Shown: positions 49,034-59,209 of the stretch, piece after piece | How the letters are laid out: the number at the start of each line of letters is the position of its first letter | How positions within the stretch are numbered: position 1 is the stretch's first letter | Sequence record: OL770073.2 | Reading direction: 5' to 3' (one strand) | Source of the DNA: Escherichia phage vB_EcoM-RPN226 | DNA: 64,000 bases | The notes under the pieces: model-generated | The model's input: the letters and a program-made list of their open reading frames with translations, nothing else | Told to the model about the DNA's origin: nothing | The model's database searches: none | Position numbers and translations under genes: made by a program

Positions 49034-49561
49034 ATGAATGCTAAAGATATTTTCAACTTGGTAAATTACAACGATGGTAAATTTAAATCTGAAGCACAAA
49101 GCAAGTTCTTTAATGACATCTCAATCGGAGGTGAAATCACAGTTGATGGAGGACAAATTTACAAATCCCGTTGGAATTGGATCGTTATTATTGATGAGAT
49201 TGGTATTGTCGAAATTTACAAAAATACGAATAAAAATCGTACATTACACTGGTCTCGTGATACTAACGAACAGTACAAAAAGGATAAAGCATCTAAATTA
49301 TCTCGTGTAACTCAAGAAGATATTGAGTTCATCAAGAAAGATATTTTAATGTATGATAACTTAATTGCTGAAGAGCAAGCTGTTATTGATAAATTTGATG
49401 AGATTAAAGCTTCTCGTGAAATTCCTGATTTTATGAAAGAATCAGTAAATGAACGATACACTCTCATTTCAGAGCGTATTGAAACTTACAAAAAGCAAAG
49501 AGCTGAACGCCAAAATACTCTTCGGAAGTTTGAAGAACGGTTAAAGACGGTACTCGCATAA
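49034..49561 (+). CDS. hypothetical protein
   Basis: ATG after GGAGG RBS; coiled-coil C-terminus. Confidence 0.55.
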   Translation: MNAKDIFNLVNYNDGKFKSEAQSKFFNDISIGGEITVDGGQIYKSRWNWIVIIDEIGIVEIYKNTNKNRTLHWSRDTNEQYKKDKASKLSRVTQEDIEFIKKDILMYDNLIAEEQAVIDKFDEIKASREIPDFMKESVNERYTLISERIETYKKQRAERQNTLRKFEERLKTVLA

Positions 49562-49616
49562 CCGCTTTATACCAAGGATGGTATAATGGTTCTAAGCCCT
49601 TTTAATTGAGATTATT

Positions 49617-50024
49617 ATGAAACAGTTGATAATTAAAAGATTGAATTTATTGATATGTTGTTTATGTGTAGTAGTTGCATACGGTTATTACGCAATTAAT
49701 GATTATATGCATTATAAAGATTATGATGTTACTGTAGTTAATACCATTACAGGAACACAAGGAAAAGGGTCTAGTTTATCGTTTATTGCCGTATATGAAC
49801 TTAAAGACGGTTATAGATTTAGTGAATATATTTCCCCAGAGATGTATTCTTCAATAGAAAAAGGTGATAATATTACTGTAAGTTTACGTCCTTTCGACGT
49901 AAAACAGACACTGTTTGATAATATTGTTTGGTTCTTTGGGATGGTATTAGTTCAATCCGTGTGTGGCGCTTATGTAGTCTGTTCAATCATATTCTGTGTA
50001 TTTAGTAAAATTGAAATTGAGTGA
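49617..50024 (+). CDS. hypothetical membrane protein
   Basis: Two hydrophobic helices (LNLLICCLCVVVAYGYYAI and VWFFGMVLVQSVCGAYVVCSIIFCVF). Confidence 0.55.
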   Translation: MKQLIIKRLNLLICCLCVVVAYGYYAINDYMHYKDYDVTVVNTITGTQGKGSSLSFIAVYELKDGYRFSEYISPEMYSSIEKGDNITVSLRPFDVKQTLFDNIVWFFGMVLVQSVCGAYVVCSIIFCVFSKIEIE

Positions 50025-50031
50025 GGAAAAT

Positions 50032-50922
50032 ATGTCAGTAGTAATTAATAATGTTAATGCAGTAATTAAATCTTTAGTTAATAAAAAAATGATGAATGAA
50101 TGGACTGTATTTCGCCGTGGAGAGCCAGATAAATTTTTTCATAGATTTAACTCAACTCTGAATTTGAATGTTATTGACAGAGATGTTCATGCCGAAATTT
50201 TAGATAAGTTTAAAGTTGATATTGGATTTGGATTAGAAAAACATCTACAGCGAACAAATGGGTCTGGAATGAGTTTATCTAATCGCATTATGAAAGCCCT
50301 TAATAAAATTGGAGCATTGTCTCGTATTAACGCGAGTGAAATCCTTCGTAATTACAATAAAGGATATGACCTTTATGGTCGACTAATGCCGAAGTTATCA
50401 TTTGACCAAATGATTGCGGATTTGTGGGAAAATCAACGCCGATTATTAGCATTAGGCGCTCGATTAGCTAAAGGTCTAGATAAACAAATGATTTTTAAGA
50501 CCAATAATACAGAAGACCTTAAATGCTTTAAATTTAGTATTCGTGGCGATGATTATTACATCAGAGCCCACTCTACAGATTATGTTAATATGGGGCATCA
50601 TCTCTGTTTAGCTTTTGAAGTTTTAAAAGAAGCTGGAACACTAGAATATTCATCTGGTGCTAAATGCCCTATTGGTTCAAGTTGTATTTTAATTTATCGA
50701 CCGGATGAATCCAGTTCAACTAAATTGCCTACAAAACCTGTGCTAGTTCGTAGTAACGAAAAACATTCTGAACAAATTGATTATTTTAATAAGCAGATTG
50801 AAGAGCTGAATATTTCTATTCAACAATATGATGATGAAATTTTCAGACTATCTGAATTGAGTAGTAAAGCTAAATCTGAGCGTGAAAAGTTAATTAAAAT
50901 TGTTGATTTACTTAAATCTTAA
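50032..50922 (+). CDS. hypothetical protein with C-terminal coiled coil (tandem set 1 of 3)
   Basis: ATG after GAGGA RBS; about 296 aa; C-terminal heptad segment. Confidence 0.55.
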   Translation: MSVVINNVNAVIKSLVNKKMMNEWTVFRRGEPDKFFHRFNSTLNLNVIDRDVHAEILDKFKVDIGFGLEKHLQRTNGSGMSLSNRIMKALNKIGALSRINASEILRNYNKGYDLYGRLMPKLSFDQMIADLWENQRRLLALGARLAKGLDKQMIFKTNNTEDLKCFKFSIRGDDYYIRAHSTDYVNMGHHLCLAFEVLKEAGTLEYSSGAKCPIGSSCILIYRPDESSSTKLPTKPVLVRSNEKHSEQIDYFNKQIEELNISIQQYDDEIFRLSELSSKAKSEREKLIKIVDLLKS

Positions 50923-50930
50923 GGAACACC

Positions 50931-51959
50931 ATGAAAACTCGTTCTCAAATTGAAGATATGGTTCGTAATGCCAGTTATACTCGTGATGTTATGACATTTT
51001 TGTGTGAAAATAATTTAGACCCTGATAAAGTTAATCGTGTTATTCATCACTTTAAGTATACGAATAGCAGTGAATGGTTACGTCATTTTAGTAAAGCGGG
51101 GTATATTACACAAATGACTGCTCGTGAGCAACTCACCGATTTCTGTAAAACCATTGATTATAAAAATCCTCTATTTGTTCAAGGCGTTGGTCAAAGTAAG
51201 GTCGATTTATCATCTGGATTTTTCAATCCAAATCATTATCGTATTGAATGGAGATTTATTGCTCTGTTCCGTAGACAATTAAAGCAAATTTTGTCGACGG
51301 CTAGTCGATTAAAAGGTTCTGACATTAACTTAAAGAACCTGAAATTTGATGGTTATACTCTTCAGATGGAAGTAAGACCATTAAAAGAAAATAATAGAAC
51401 TGCACGAATTAGCTTTAAACCTAATACAAAAAATTCTCTTTCAATTTGCGAATGCCTTAAATCACAGTTGACAGAAGCATTTAAGTATATGGATGTTGTT
51501 GCCGCTGTTCAGTCTAAGATTTTACCTCGTTTTGAGCGAAATTGGGAACATACAACAACGTATGAACTTGATATGATCGTTTCATTTAAATACGATTTTT
51601 TGAGAAAGGACGAAGTCACGCAAGAGAAAAAGCAGGAAGTGCAAGATAACTTAAATTTAAATTTATCCAATTACTCATCAAACGATCCTAAATTTTGGAT
51701 GTATAGCTCAAGCAATATAGATGCATGTAAACTTAATAAAGTGAGTTTTCTTCCTACTGAAAATTCAAATTTTAAACCTGTAGAAAAATGGCACGCTGAC
51801 GCGATTGAGAAGTCTCTTAAGGCAGTAGATGATGAACTCGTTAAAGCGACCAATGAAGTGCTAGAAGCTGAAAAGGTGTTAGAACAAGCTCAGTCAAGGG
51901 TTAAAAATCTGACAAAGCAACGTTCTAAACTGAACAATGCACTAAATGCACTGAACTAG
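50931..51959 (+). CDS. hypothetical protein with C-terminal coiled coil (tandem set 2 of 3)
   Basis: 342 aa; C-terminal heptad segment ending ...LNNALNALN. Confidence 0.55.
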   Translation: MKTRSQIEDMVRNASYTRDVMTFLCENNLDPDKVNRVIHHFKYTNSSEWLRHFSKAGYITQMTAREQLTDFCKTIDYKNPLFVQGVGQSKVDLSSGFFNPNHYRIEWRFIALFRRQLKQILSTASRLKGSDINLKNLKFDGYTLQMEVRPLKENNRTARISFKPNTKNSLSICECLKSQLTEAFKYMDVVAAVQSKILPRFERNWEHTTTYELDMIVSFKYDFLRKDEVTQEKKQEVQDNLNLNLSNYSSNDPKFWMYSSSNIDACKLNKVSFLPTENSNFKPVEKWHADAIEKSLKAVDDELVKATNEVLEAEKVLEQAQSRVKNLTKQRSKLNNALNALN

Positions 51960-51989
51960 TTTACTTTGCCACAAGGATGTGGTATAATG
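51959..51989 (+). promoter_or_regulatory. T4-type early promoter
   Basis: GTTTAC...TGTGGTATAAT then GAGGAG RBS. Confidence 0.6.
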
Positions 51990-52016
51990 TTCTTACTTTC
52001 TACTGAGGAGATTAAT

Positions 52017-52943
52017 ATGACTCGTAAACATTATATTGATTATTTTGACAGTCTTATTACTAAACACCACAATTATCAGATCGGACACAGAGCAGTAATT
52101 AATAATATTCTTCGTGATTTCCTTCAATATGTTGGCCAGGAAAATCATATCTGTAAAGATACTCAAAACGCTTATTCTCATTCGTTAGGCAATTTGCTTG
52201 AATGGTTTAAACGTTCTCGTATGTTATCTTCTACTGTAGCTCGCGATAACATTAAAAACTTTATGAAGCCGAGATTCATTAAAACTGCGACATCTATAAC
52301 CGATTTGGTTGAATTTACTATTATTAACGATGTTAAAAAGACCCATTTAGCTGATTGGTTATCTACCATTCCTGAAACTAAATTTGCTGATAAATTCGCT
52401 TGTCAATTCAATGACCAAGTGAATATGCTTTTTAAGCATGCTCGTAAACTATTTACCGCGGGCGATGACCGTACAAATACAGTTCATGTTAAGGACTGGG
52501 TTATTGCTGATGAAGTAACACACAAACCAGGTGGTTCATCAGTATTAATTAATATCCAGGTTCCTTATTATTACTCACGTAATCTCGGCACCATGACAGC
52601 TAGAGAAATTAATAAGCATAACAAAACTATTCGTTCGTTGTCTTATAAACTCTGCACGATGGTGGAGATGATGGACGTAGTGGAAATGTATGATGAAACC
52701 GAAGATAATGATTCAATGCTGTACAGTTCACGCATTCTAATTAAACTGAAGAACCCTAATACGTATAAGCCAGTTGTAAAAGAACCTAAAGTAGAAAAGG
52801 TTGATAACTTGAGCGAAGAACGTGAATATCTCAATGCTCGTTTGATTGAAGTTGAAGCCCAAATTGCAGAACACACCAAATTGTTAAAAGCTCTTAATGC
52901 AAAAGCAAATGGTTTACGTAATGCTATTGAGGTACTGAAATGA
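52017..52943 (+). CDS. hypothetical protein with C-terminal coiled coil (tandem set 3 of 3)
   Basis: Start moved to ATG 52017 after promoter and RBS; about 308 aa; C-terminal heptad segment ending ...[19 protein letters not shown]. Confidence 0.55.
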   Translation: MTRKHYIDYFDSLITKHHNYQIGHRAVINNILRDFLQYVGQENHICKDTQNAYSHSLGNLLEWFKRSRMLSSTVARDNIKNFMKPRFIKTATSITDLVEFTIINDVKKTHLADWLSTIPETKFADKFACQFNDQVNMLFKHARKLFTAGDDRTNTVHVKDWVIADEVTHKPGGSSVLINIQVPYYYSRNLGTMTAREINKHNKTIRSLSYKLCTMVEMMDVVEMYDETEDNDSMLYSSRILIKLKNPNTYKPVVKEPKVEKVDNLSEEREYLNARLIEVEAQIAEHTKLLKALNAKANGLRNAIEVLK

Positions 52944-53236
52944 AAAAGCGCTTATTAGAAGATATTGCCGAAGCTTCAGATTTTCCTGAATGGACTCCAT
53001 GCGCTGGGTTTGATAAAGGGCTGCTAGTTACCGACGATTTAGACTTTAAACCTCCAGCATGGGATGCCATTATGGCTATGGTTAGTCGTCGTGAGCAATC
53101 TTCTAAGAATGTTCCAAACTGTCCAAAGTGTGGTACTGAACAGGTACAATTAGTTCATTGGCAGACTAGTAATCTTCGTTATAAATGTCGTCATTGTAAA
53201 CACCGATTTGACCGAGAAGAAAATGACCAAGCGTAA
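52940..53236 (+). CDS. zinc-ribbon protein
   Basis: CPKCG...CRHCKH four-Cys motif; 98 aa. Confidence 0.5.
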
Positions 53237-53465
53237 AGAATATATGGAGACTGCTGAAAAGGCAGTCCGTGAATTAGCAATAGCTTATTATAATGAACAT
53301 GGTAAATTTCCTGATAGATACAGCGTGCTTAAATCAGCTTTAACTCGTTCATATAAAAATATGCTATCAGAAGTAAGTGATATTATATACAAACATAAAG
53401 AACAAACAGGTCAAAGTCTTGATTACGACGAGACTTTTAAACAAGTACTAGGAATTAAGGAATAA
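53208..53465 (+). CDS. hypothetical protein
   Basis: 85 aa ORF; true start may be one of two downstream Met codons. Confidence 0.45.
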
Positions 53466-53466
53466 T

Positions 53467-53730
53467 ATGTTTAAAGTATATGGTTATGATAGCAACATCC
53501 ATAAATGTGTGTATTGCGATAATGCAAAACGTCTCTTGACTGTGAAGAAACAGCCGTTTGAATTTATCAACATTATGCCAGAAAAAGGTGTTTTTGATGA
53601 TGAGAAAATCGCTGAGCTTCTGACTAAACTAGGTCGTGATACTCAAATTGGATTGACGATGCCTCAGGTATTTGCTCCTGATGGAAGTCATATTGGTGGA
53701 TTTGACCAATTGCGGGAATACTTTAAATGA
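53467..53730 (+). CDS. nrdC: glutaredoxin/thioredoxin (NrdC)
   Basis: 87 aa MFKVYGYDSNIHKCVYCDNAKRLL, active site CVYC; same length as T4 thioredoxin. Confidence 0.9.
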   Translation: MFKVYGYDSNIHKCVYCDNAKRLLTVKKQPFEFINIMPEKGVFDDEKIAELLTKLGRDTQIGLTMPQVFAPDGSHIGGFDQLREYFK

Positions 53731-53942
53731 TGTTCGAAGGAACTGATTATATCCATGACTACCGCGGAAGCGCGGTATATGTAGGTGATGAAGTCGCAGT
53801 TTATTACGGGTATGGAACTTTGATGACAGCAAAGGTTATTCAAATTAAAAATGGCCGCGCTAAACTCGAAGTTTATTATTCTAACGGTGAAAGGTCTATT
53901 TCTAAATGGAAATATGGCGATTGCATGGTCAAACTGGGGTAA
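53727..53942 (+). CDS. hypothetical protein
   Basis: 71 aa ORF overlapping nrdC stop. Confidence 0.5.
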   Translation: MMFEGTDYIHDYRGSAVYVGDEVAVYYGYGTLMTAKVIQIKNGRAKLEVYYSNGERSISKWKYGDCMVKLG

Positions 53943-53944
53943 AT

Positions 53945-54115
53945 ATGATTTACGATATTAGTGTATCAAGAACTCCGTCAATGGTTACTATTCCTGCCGA
54001 AGAATTAGATCGTCTTCAGAAAATTGAAGAGCTTCTTTGGGAAATTGAATCTGATTTGCCATCAGGATTAGAATCCTGGATTGATTATGAAGAACTTAAT
54101 AAATTGCGAAATTAA
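53945..54115 (+). CDS. hypothetical small protein
   Basis: Start at ATG following previous stop; 56 aa. Confidence 0.4.
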   Translation: MIYDISVSRTPSMVTIPAEELDRLQKIEELLWEIESDLPSGLESWIDYEELNKLRN

Positions 54116-54125
54116 TTGGTGAAAA

Positions 54126-54446
54126 ATGAATATTGAAAATAAATTAGATGTTGATGCAGTTCTGAGTGAAATCATCGAAGACCATGATGCATTTTCAGAA
54201 AATTATGATTTCGATTTTTCGGATTATCTTAAACCTGTCGAAATAGAAGATTGGGTACAAGATGGCAAATGCCAATATCGGCAGTGTGTTTATTTTAGTC
54301 CAAAACATAACGTTCATGTGTCTGTAAATGAATCTCGCTCAGGTTCTTACCATTCTGACTGGTATTATGCAGTTCCGACTGTTGAACTAGTCGAGCCCCG
54401 TGAACGTGTAGTAACTCAGACAATACGAGAATGGATTACGCTATAA
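54126..54446 (+). CDS. hypothetical protein
   Basis: 106 aa acidic ORF. Confidence 0.5.
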   Translation: MNIENKLDVDAVLSEIIEDHDAFSENYDFDFSDYLKPVEIEDWVQDGKCQYRQCVYFSPKHNVHVSVNESRSGSYHSDWYYAVPTVELVEPRERVVTQTIREWITL

Positions 54447-54551
54447 AACCCTGGTGGGCGGCTAGATGGGAAACTGTAGAGCCAGAGCCGGAAGAACCGG
54501 TTTACACTGATGAAGAAACAGTATATAATGAACCAACGATAAATGACTTAA

Positions 54552-55016
54552 TTGATATGGAGATGGGACATGATTACAGTAGATAAGTGGTTTAGAATTA
54601 ATCGTGCTGATAAAGGGCTGTGTAATTATTGGCCGGAACTTAGTGCAGGTACTGTCTTTAAAGTTCGTGAACTTGCAAAAGAATGCGAAGATGATATAGA
54701 ACCTGATACTGGAATTATTGAAATTGAACTTTCTGATGGAAAGATTATTAACATCTACGATAAGCCAATTACGTATTGGTGCTTGTGGAATACTGAATCA
54801 GTAGAAAATGGCGAGATTGAAGAAGTTGTAGAACGAGTTGATCAAGCTATTCATAAACCTAAAGCCGCTTTTCAAGGTGAACGCATTTCATATGCATTAG
54901 CTAAATTAGCTGCGCAAGAAAATAACGATGGTTATGAAGGAAATTTGATGCAAGCTGCGGCAGAATATATTGAATGGCTTGAAACTCAAATTTCTTTTTC
55001 TGACCGAGCGTTTTAA
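54552..55016 (+). CDS. hypothetical protein
   Basis: 154 aa ORF (true start possibly Met-7 at 54570). Confidence 0.5.
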   Translation: MIWRWDMITVDKWFRINRADKGLCNYWPELSAGTVFKVRELAKECEDDIEPDTGIIEIELSDGKIINIYDKPITYWCLWNTESVENGEIEEVVERVDQAIHKPKAAFQGERISYALAKLAAQENNDGYEGNLMQAAAEYIEWLETQISFSDRAF

Positions 55017-55065
55017 TACTTGAAAATAATAAATACCCTTATCTATTCAAGGTAAGGGTTTTATT

Positions 55066-55539
55066 ATGTTATTGACTGGCAAATTGTACAAAGAAGAAAA
55101 ACAAAAATTTTATAATGCACAAAACGGTAAATGCTTAATTTGCCAACGAGAACTAAATCCTGATGTTCAAGCTAATCACCTTGACCATGACCATGAATTA
55201 AATGGACCGAAAGCTGGAAAGGTACGTGGATTGCTATGTAATCTCTGTAATGCTGCAGAAGGTCAAATGAAGCATAAATTCAATCGTTCTGGCTTAAAGG
55301 GACAAGGTGTTGATTATCTTGAATGGCTAGAAAATTTACTTACTTATTTAAAATCCGATTACACCCAAAATAATATTCACCCTAACTTCGTTGGAGATAA
55401 ATCAAAGGAATTTTCTCGTTTAGGAAAAGAGGAAATGATGGCTGAGATGCTTCAAAGAGGATTTGAATATAATGAATCTGACACTAAAACACAATTAATA
55501 GCTTCATTTAAGAAGCAGCTTAGAAAGAGTTTAAAATGA
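55066..55539 (+). CDS. 49: endonuclease VII (Holliday junction resolvase)
   Basis: 157 aa MLLTGKLYKEEKQKFYNAQNGKCLICQREL...; matches T4 gp49 as recalled. Confidence 0.9.
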   Translation: MLLTGKLYKEEKQKFYNAQNGKCLICQRELNPDVQANHLDHDHELNGPKAGKVRGLLCNLCNAAEGQMKHKFNRSGLKGQGVDYLEWLENLLTYLKSDYTQNNIHPNFVGDKSKEFSRLGKEEMMAEMLQRGFEYNESDTKTQLIASFKKQLRKSLK

Positions 55540-56079
55540 CAATTGAAAAAGAAATTGAAGGATTGATTCATAAAACTAATAAAGACCTTTTAAACGAGAA
55601 TGCTAATAAAGATTCTCGTGTTTTTCCAACTCAACGGGACCTTATGGCTGGTATTGTGTCTAAACACATTGCCAAAAATATGGTCCCGTCTTTTATTATG
55701 AAAGCGCATGAAAGCGGAATTATTCATTTCCATGATATTGATTATTCCCCTGCTCTTCCATTTACTAATTGCTGTTTAGTAGATTTAAAAGGAATGCTTG
55801 AGAACGGATTTAAGCTCGGTAATGCACAGATTGAAACTCCTAAATCAATCGGTGTTGCTACTGCAATTATGGCACAAATTACTGCACAGGTTGCTTCCCA
55901 TCAATATGGCGGAACGACTTTTGCGAATGTAGATAAAGTACTTTCTCCTTATGTTAAACGCACCTATGCAAAACATATTGAGGACGCAGAAAAATGGCAA
56001 ATCGCTGATGCGTTGAATTATGCCCAATCTAAAACAGAAAAAGATGTATACGATGCATTCCAAGCTTATGAGTTAACGT
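55536..56079 (+). CDS. nrdD: anaerobic ribonucleoside-triphosphate reductase NrdD, exon 1
   Basis: N-terminal 181 codons of NrdD; exon1+exon2 = 605 aa, the T4 NrdD length; junction inferred from frame, U/G splice rule and 1033-nt intron length. Confidence 0.75.
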
Positions 56080-57112
56080 AAGTCAAGCTCATGTAAAATC
56101 TGCCTAAAACGGGAAACTCTCACTGAGACAATCCGTTGCTAAATCAGCAGTAGCTGTAAATGCCCAACGACTATCCCTGATGAATGTAAGGGAGTAGGGT
56201 CAAGCGACCCGAAACGGCAGACAACTCTAAGAGTTGAAGATATAGTCTGAACTGCATGGTGACATGTAGCTGTTTATCCTCGTATAAATATGAATACGAG
56301 GTGAAACGATGAAATGGAAATTAAGAAAAAGCTTAAAAATTGCCAATTCTGTAGCATTTACCTATATGGTAAGATTTCCTGATAAGTCTTTTTATATAGG
56401 TTTTAAAAAATTCAAAACTATATATGGTAAAGATACAAATTGGAAAGAATACAATTCGTCATCTAAGCTTGTTAAAGAAAAGCTTAAAGATTATAAAGCT
56501 AAGTGGATAATTCTTCAAGTTTTTGATTCTTATGAATCGGCCCTTAAACATGAAGAAATGCTTATTAGGAAATATTTTAATAACGAATTTATTCTTAATA
56601 AATCTATAGGTGGATATAAATTTAACAAATATCCGGATTCAGAAGAACATAAGCAAAAACTTAGTAATGCCCATAAAGGTAAAATCTTATCTTTAAAACA
56701 TAAAGATAAGATACGAGAGAAATTGATTGAGCATTATAAAAATAATAGTAGAAGTGAAGCTCATGTTAAAAATAATATTGGTAGTAGAACGGCTAAAAAG
56801 ACTGTTTCTATAGCTTTAAAATCCGGAAATAAATTTAGAAGTTTTAAATCAGCTGCAAAATTTCTTAAATGCTCTGAAGAACAGGTTAGTAATCATCCAA
56901 ATGTTATAGATATAAAAATAACAATTCATCCCGTCCCAGAATATGTTAAAATAAATGACAATATCTATAAATCATTTGTGGATGCTGCTAAAGATTTAAA
57001 ACTCCACCCAAGTCGTATTAAAGATTTGTGTTTAGATGACAATTATCCAAATTACATTGTTTCATATAAACGGGTAGAGAAGTAGCGAACTCTACTGAAC
57101 ACATTGATGAAG
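56080..57112 (+). other. group I self-splicing intron in nrdD (1033 nt)
   Basis: Non-coding structured flanks (e.g. GGGTCAAGCGACCCGAAACGG...) around an internal ORF; boundaries inferred, not verified by folding. Confidence 0.65.
56309..57085 (+). CDS. intron-encoded endonuclease-like ORF (I-TevIII position)
   Basis: 258 aa ORF wholly inside the nrdD intron; weak GIY-YIG-like N-terminal pattern (FYIGF ... EEMLIRKY); family uncertain. Confidence 0.6.
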   Translation: MKWKLRKSLKIANSVAFTYMVRFPDKSFYIGFKKFKTIYGKDTNWKEYNSSSKLVKEKLKDYKAKWIILQVFDSYESALKHEEMLIRKYFNNEFILNKSIGGYKFNKYPDSEEHKQKLSNAHKGKILSLKHKDKIREKLIEHYKNNSRSEAHVKNNIGSRTAKKTVSIALKSGNKFRSFKSAAKFLKCSEEQVSNHPNVIDIKITIHPVPEYVKINDNIYKSFVDAAKDLKLHPSRIKDLCLDDNYPNYIVSYKRVEK

Positions 57113-58386
57113 TGAACACGTTATTCAGTTCAAATGGACAAACGCCTTTTGTAACAATTACATTTGGTACGGGAACTGACTGGACTGAACGAATGATTCA
57201 GAAAGCAATTCTGAAAAATCGCATTAAAGGTCTTGGTCGTGACGGGATAACTCCTATTTTCCCTAAGCTTGTTATGTTCGTTGAAGAGGGTGTCAATCTT
57301 TATAAAGACGATCCGAACTATGATATTAAGCAGCTTGCTCTAGAGTGTGCAAGTAAAAGAATGTATCCTGATATTATTTCAGCTAAGAACAATAAAGCTA
57401 TCACTGGTTCATCTATTCCTGTTTCTCCAATGGGTTGCCGTAGTTTCTTGGGCGTATGGAAAGATTCGACTGGTAATGAAATTCTTGATGGACGTAATAA
57501 TCTTGGCGTTGTAACACTGAATCTTCCTCGTATTGCATTAGATTCTTATATTGGAACACAGTTCAATGAACAGAAATTTGCCGAATTGTTCAATGAGAGA
57601 ATGGATTTATGTTTTGAAGCATTGATGTGTAGAATTAGTTCATTAAAAGGAGTTAAAGCTACTGTTGCTCCTATTCTTTACCAAGAAGGTGCATTCGGGG
57701 TTCGTCTTAAACCTGATGACGATATAATTGAGTTATTTAAAAACGGTAGAAGTTCAGTGTCCTTAGGATACATTGGTATTCACGAATTGAATATTCTTGT
57801 CGGTCGTGATATTGGACAGGAAATTTTAACTAAAATGAATGCTCGTCTTAAGCAGTGGACTGAAAGAACTGGTTTTGCTTTTAGCTTGTATTCTACACCT
57901 GCTGAAAACCTGTGCTATCGCTTCTGTAAACTTGATACCGAAAAATATGGAAGTGTAAAAGATGTTACTGATAAAGGTTGGTACACTAATAGTTTCCACG
58001 TTTCAGTAGAAGAAAATATTACTCCGTTTGAAAAGATTTCTCGCGAAGCCCCATATCATTTCATTGCGACAGGCGGTCACATTTCTTATGTTGAACTTCC
58101 TGATATGAAAAATAACCTAAAAGGTCTTGAGGCTGTATGGGATTATGCTGCACAACATTTAGATTATTTTGGTGTTAACATGCCAGTAGATAAATGTTTT
58201 ACGTGTGGAAGTACCCATGAAATGACTCCTACTGAAAACGGATTTGTTTGTTCTATTTGTGGAGAAACTGATCCTAAAAAGATGAACACAATAAGAAGAA
58301 CATGCGGATATCTTGGAACTCCTAGCGTTGTTCCATGGAATTTAGGTAAAATGAAAGAAATGGTAAAACGAGTAAAACATGCATAG
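57113..58386 (+). CDS. nrdD: anaerobic ribonucleoside-triphosphate reductase NrdD, exon 2
   Basis: Continues exon 1 frame; C-terminal Cys cluster CFTCGSTHEM...CSICG and glycyl radical region. Confidence 0.75.
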
Positions 58387-59209
58387 GTATTATATAATTT
58401 ATAAAATAACAAATATAATTAATTCAAAGGAATATATCGGTGCGCATAGCACCGATAACATAAATGACGGTTATATGGGGTCAGGAACATTGATTCGTGC
58501 CGCTTTATTAAAATATGGTAGAAAAAATTTTAATAAAGAAATTTTACATGTTTTTGATAATGAAAAACAAATGTATGATAAAGAAGCTGAACTTGTAACC
58601 GAAGAGTATTGTCTAAAAGAAAATACATATAATATTAAACCTGGTGGAAAAGGTGGAACTGCTTATGAACAGACACTTGAACATCGCCACAAAAATAGTT
58701 TAGCAAATAAAGGTAAAAAGAAAACGGCAGAAACTAAAATAGCTATTTCACGTGCTTTAAAGAAATATAAACGTACGCCAGAGCATCAAGCAAATTTAAA
58801 TAAAGCTGTAAGAATAGCTATGAAGCGAAAAGATGTTAGAAGTAAATTAACTGGAGAGCGTTCTGAGAAAGATAAATTATCTATATCAAACGGTGTTAAA
58901 AAATATTACAATTCTTTGAGCGAAGAAGAACGTGAACTGCATCGCAAGCGAATTATTGAAGGTAAAAAGAATTCTCCCATGTCATTGGAATCTAGACAAA
59001 AGCTTTCAAAAGCTTTAAAAGGACTTCAAGTTGGTTCAAAAAATCCAATGTATGGAAAAATTTCTCCAACTAGCAAAACCGTTTCAGTTGACGGTATTAA
59101 ATATGATTCAATTAAAAAGTGCTCAAATGCCATAAAAGTTTCTAGACATCTTATACTAAAACGCTGTAATTCTACTGATGAAGCTTGGAAAAATTGGATA
59201 TTATTATGA
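58379..59209 (+). CDS. GIY-YIG homing endonuclease, SegB paralogue, between nrdD and nrdG
   Basis: YIIYKITNIINSKEYIGAHSTDNINDGYMGSG nearly identical in pattern to SegB N-terminus at 32964; NUMOD-like C-terminal repeats. Confidence 0.8.
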   Translation: MHRYYIIYKITNIINSKEYIGAHSTDNINDGYMGSGTLIRAALLKYGRKNFNKEILHVFDNEKQMYDKEAELVTEEYCLKENTYNIKPGGKGGTAYEQTLEHRHKNSLANKGKKKTAETKIAISRALKKYKRTPEHQANLNKAVRIAMKRKDVRSKLTGERSEKDKLSISNGVKKYYNSLSEEERELHRKRIIEGKKNSPMSLESRQKLSKALKGLQVGSKNPMYGKISPTSKTVSVDGIKYDSIKKCSNAIKVSRHLILKRCNSTDEAWKNWILL

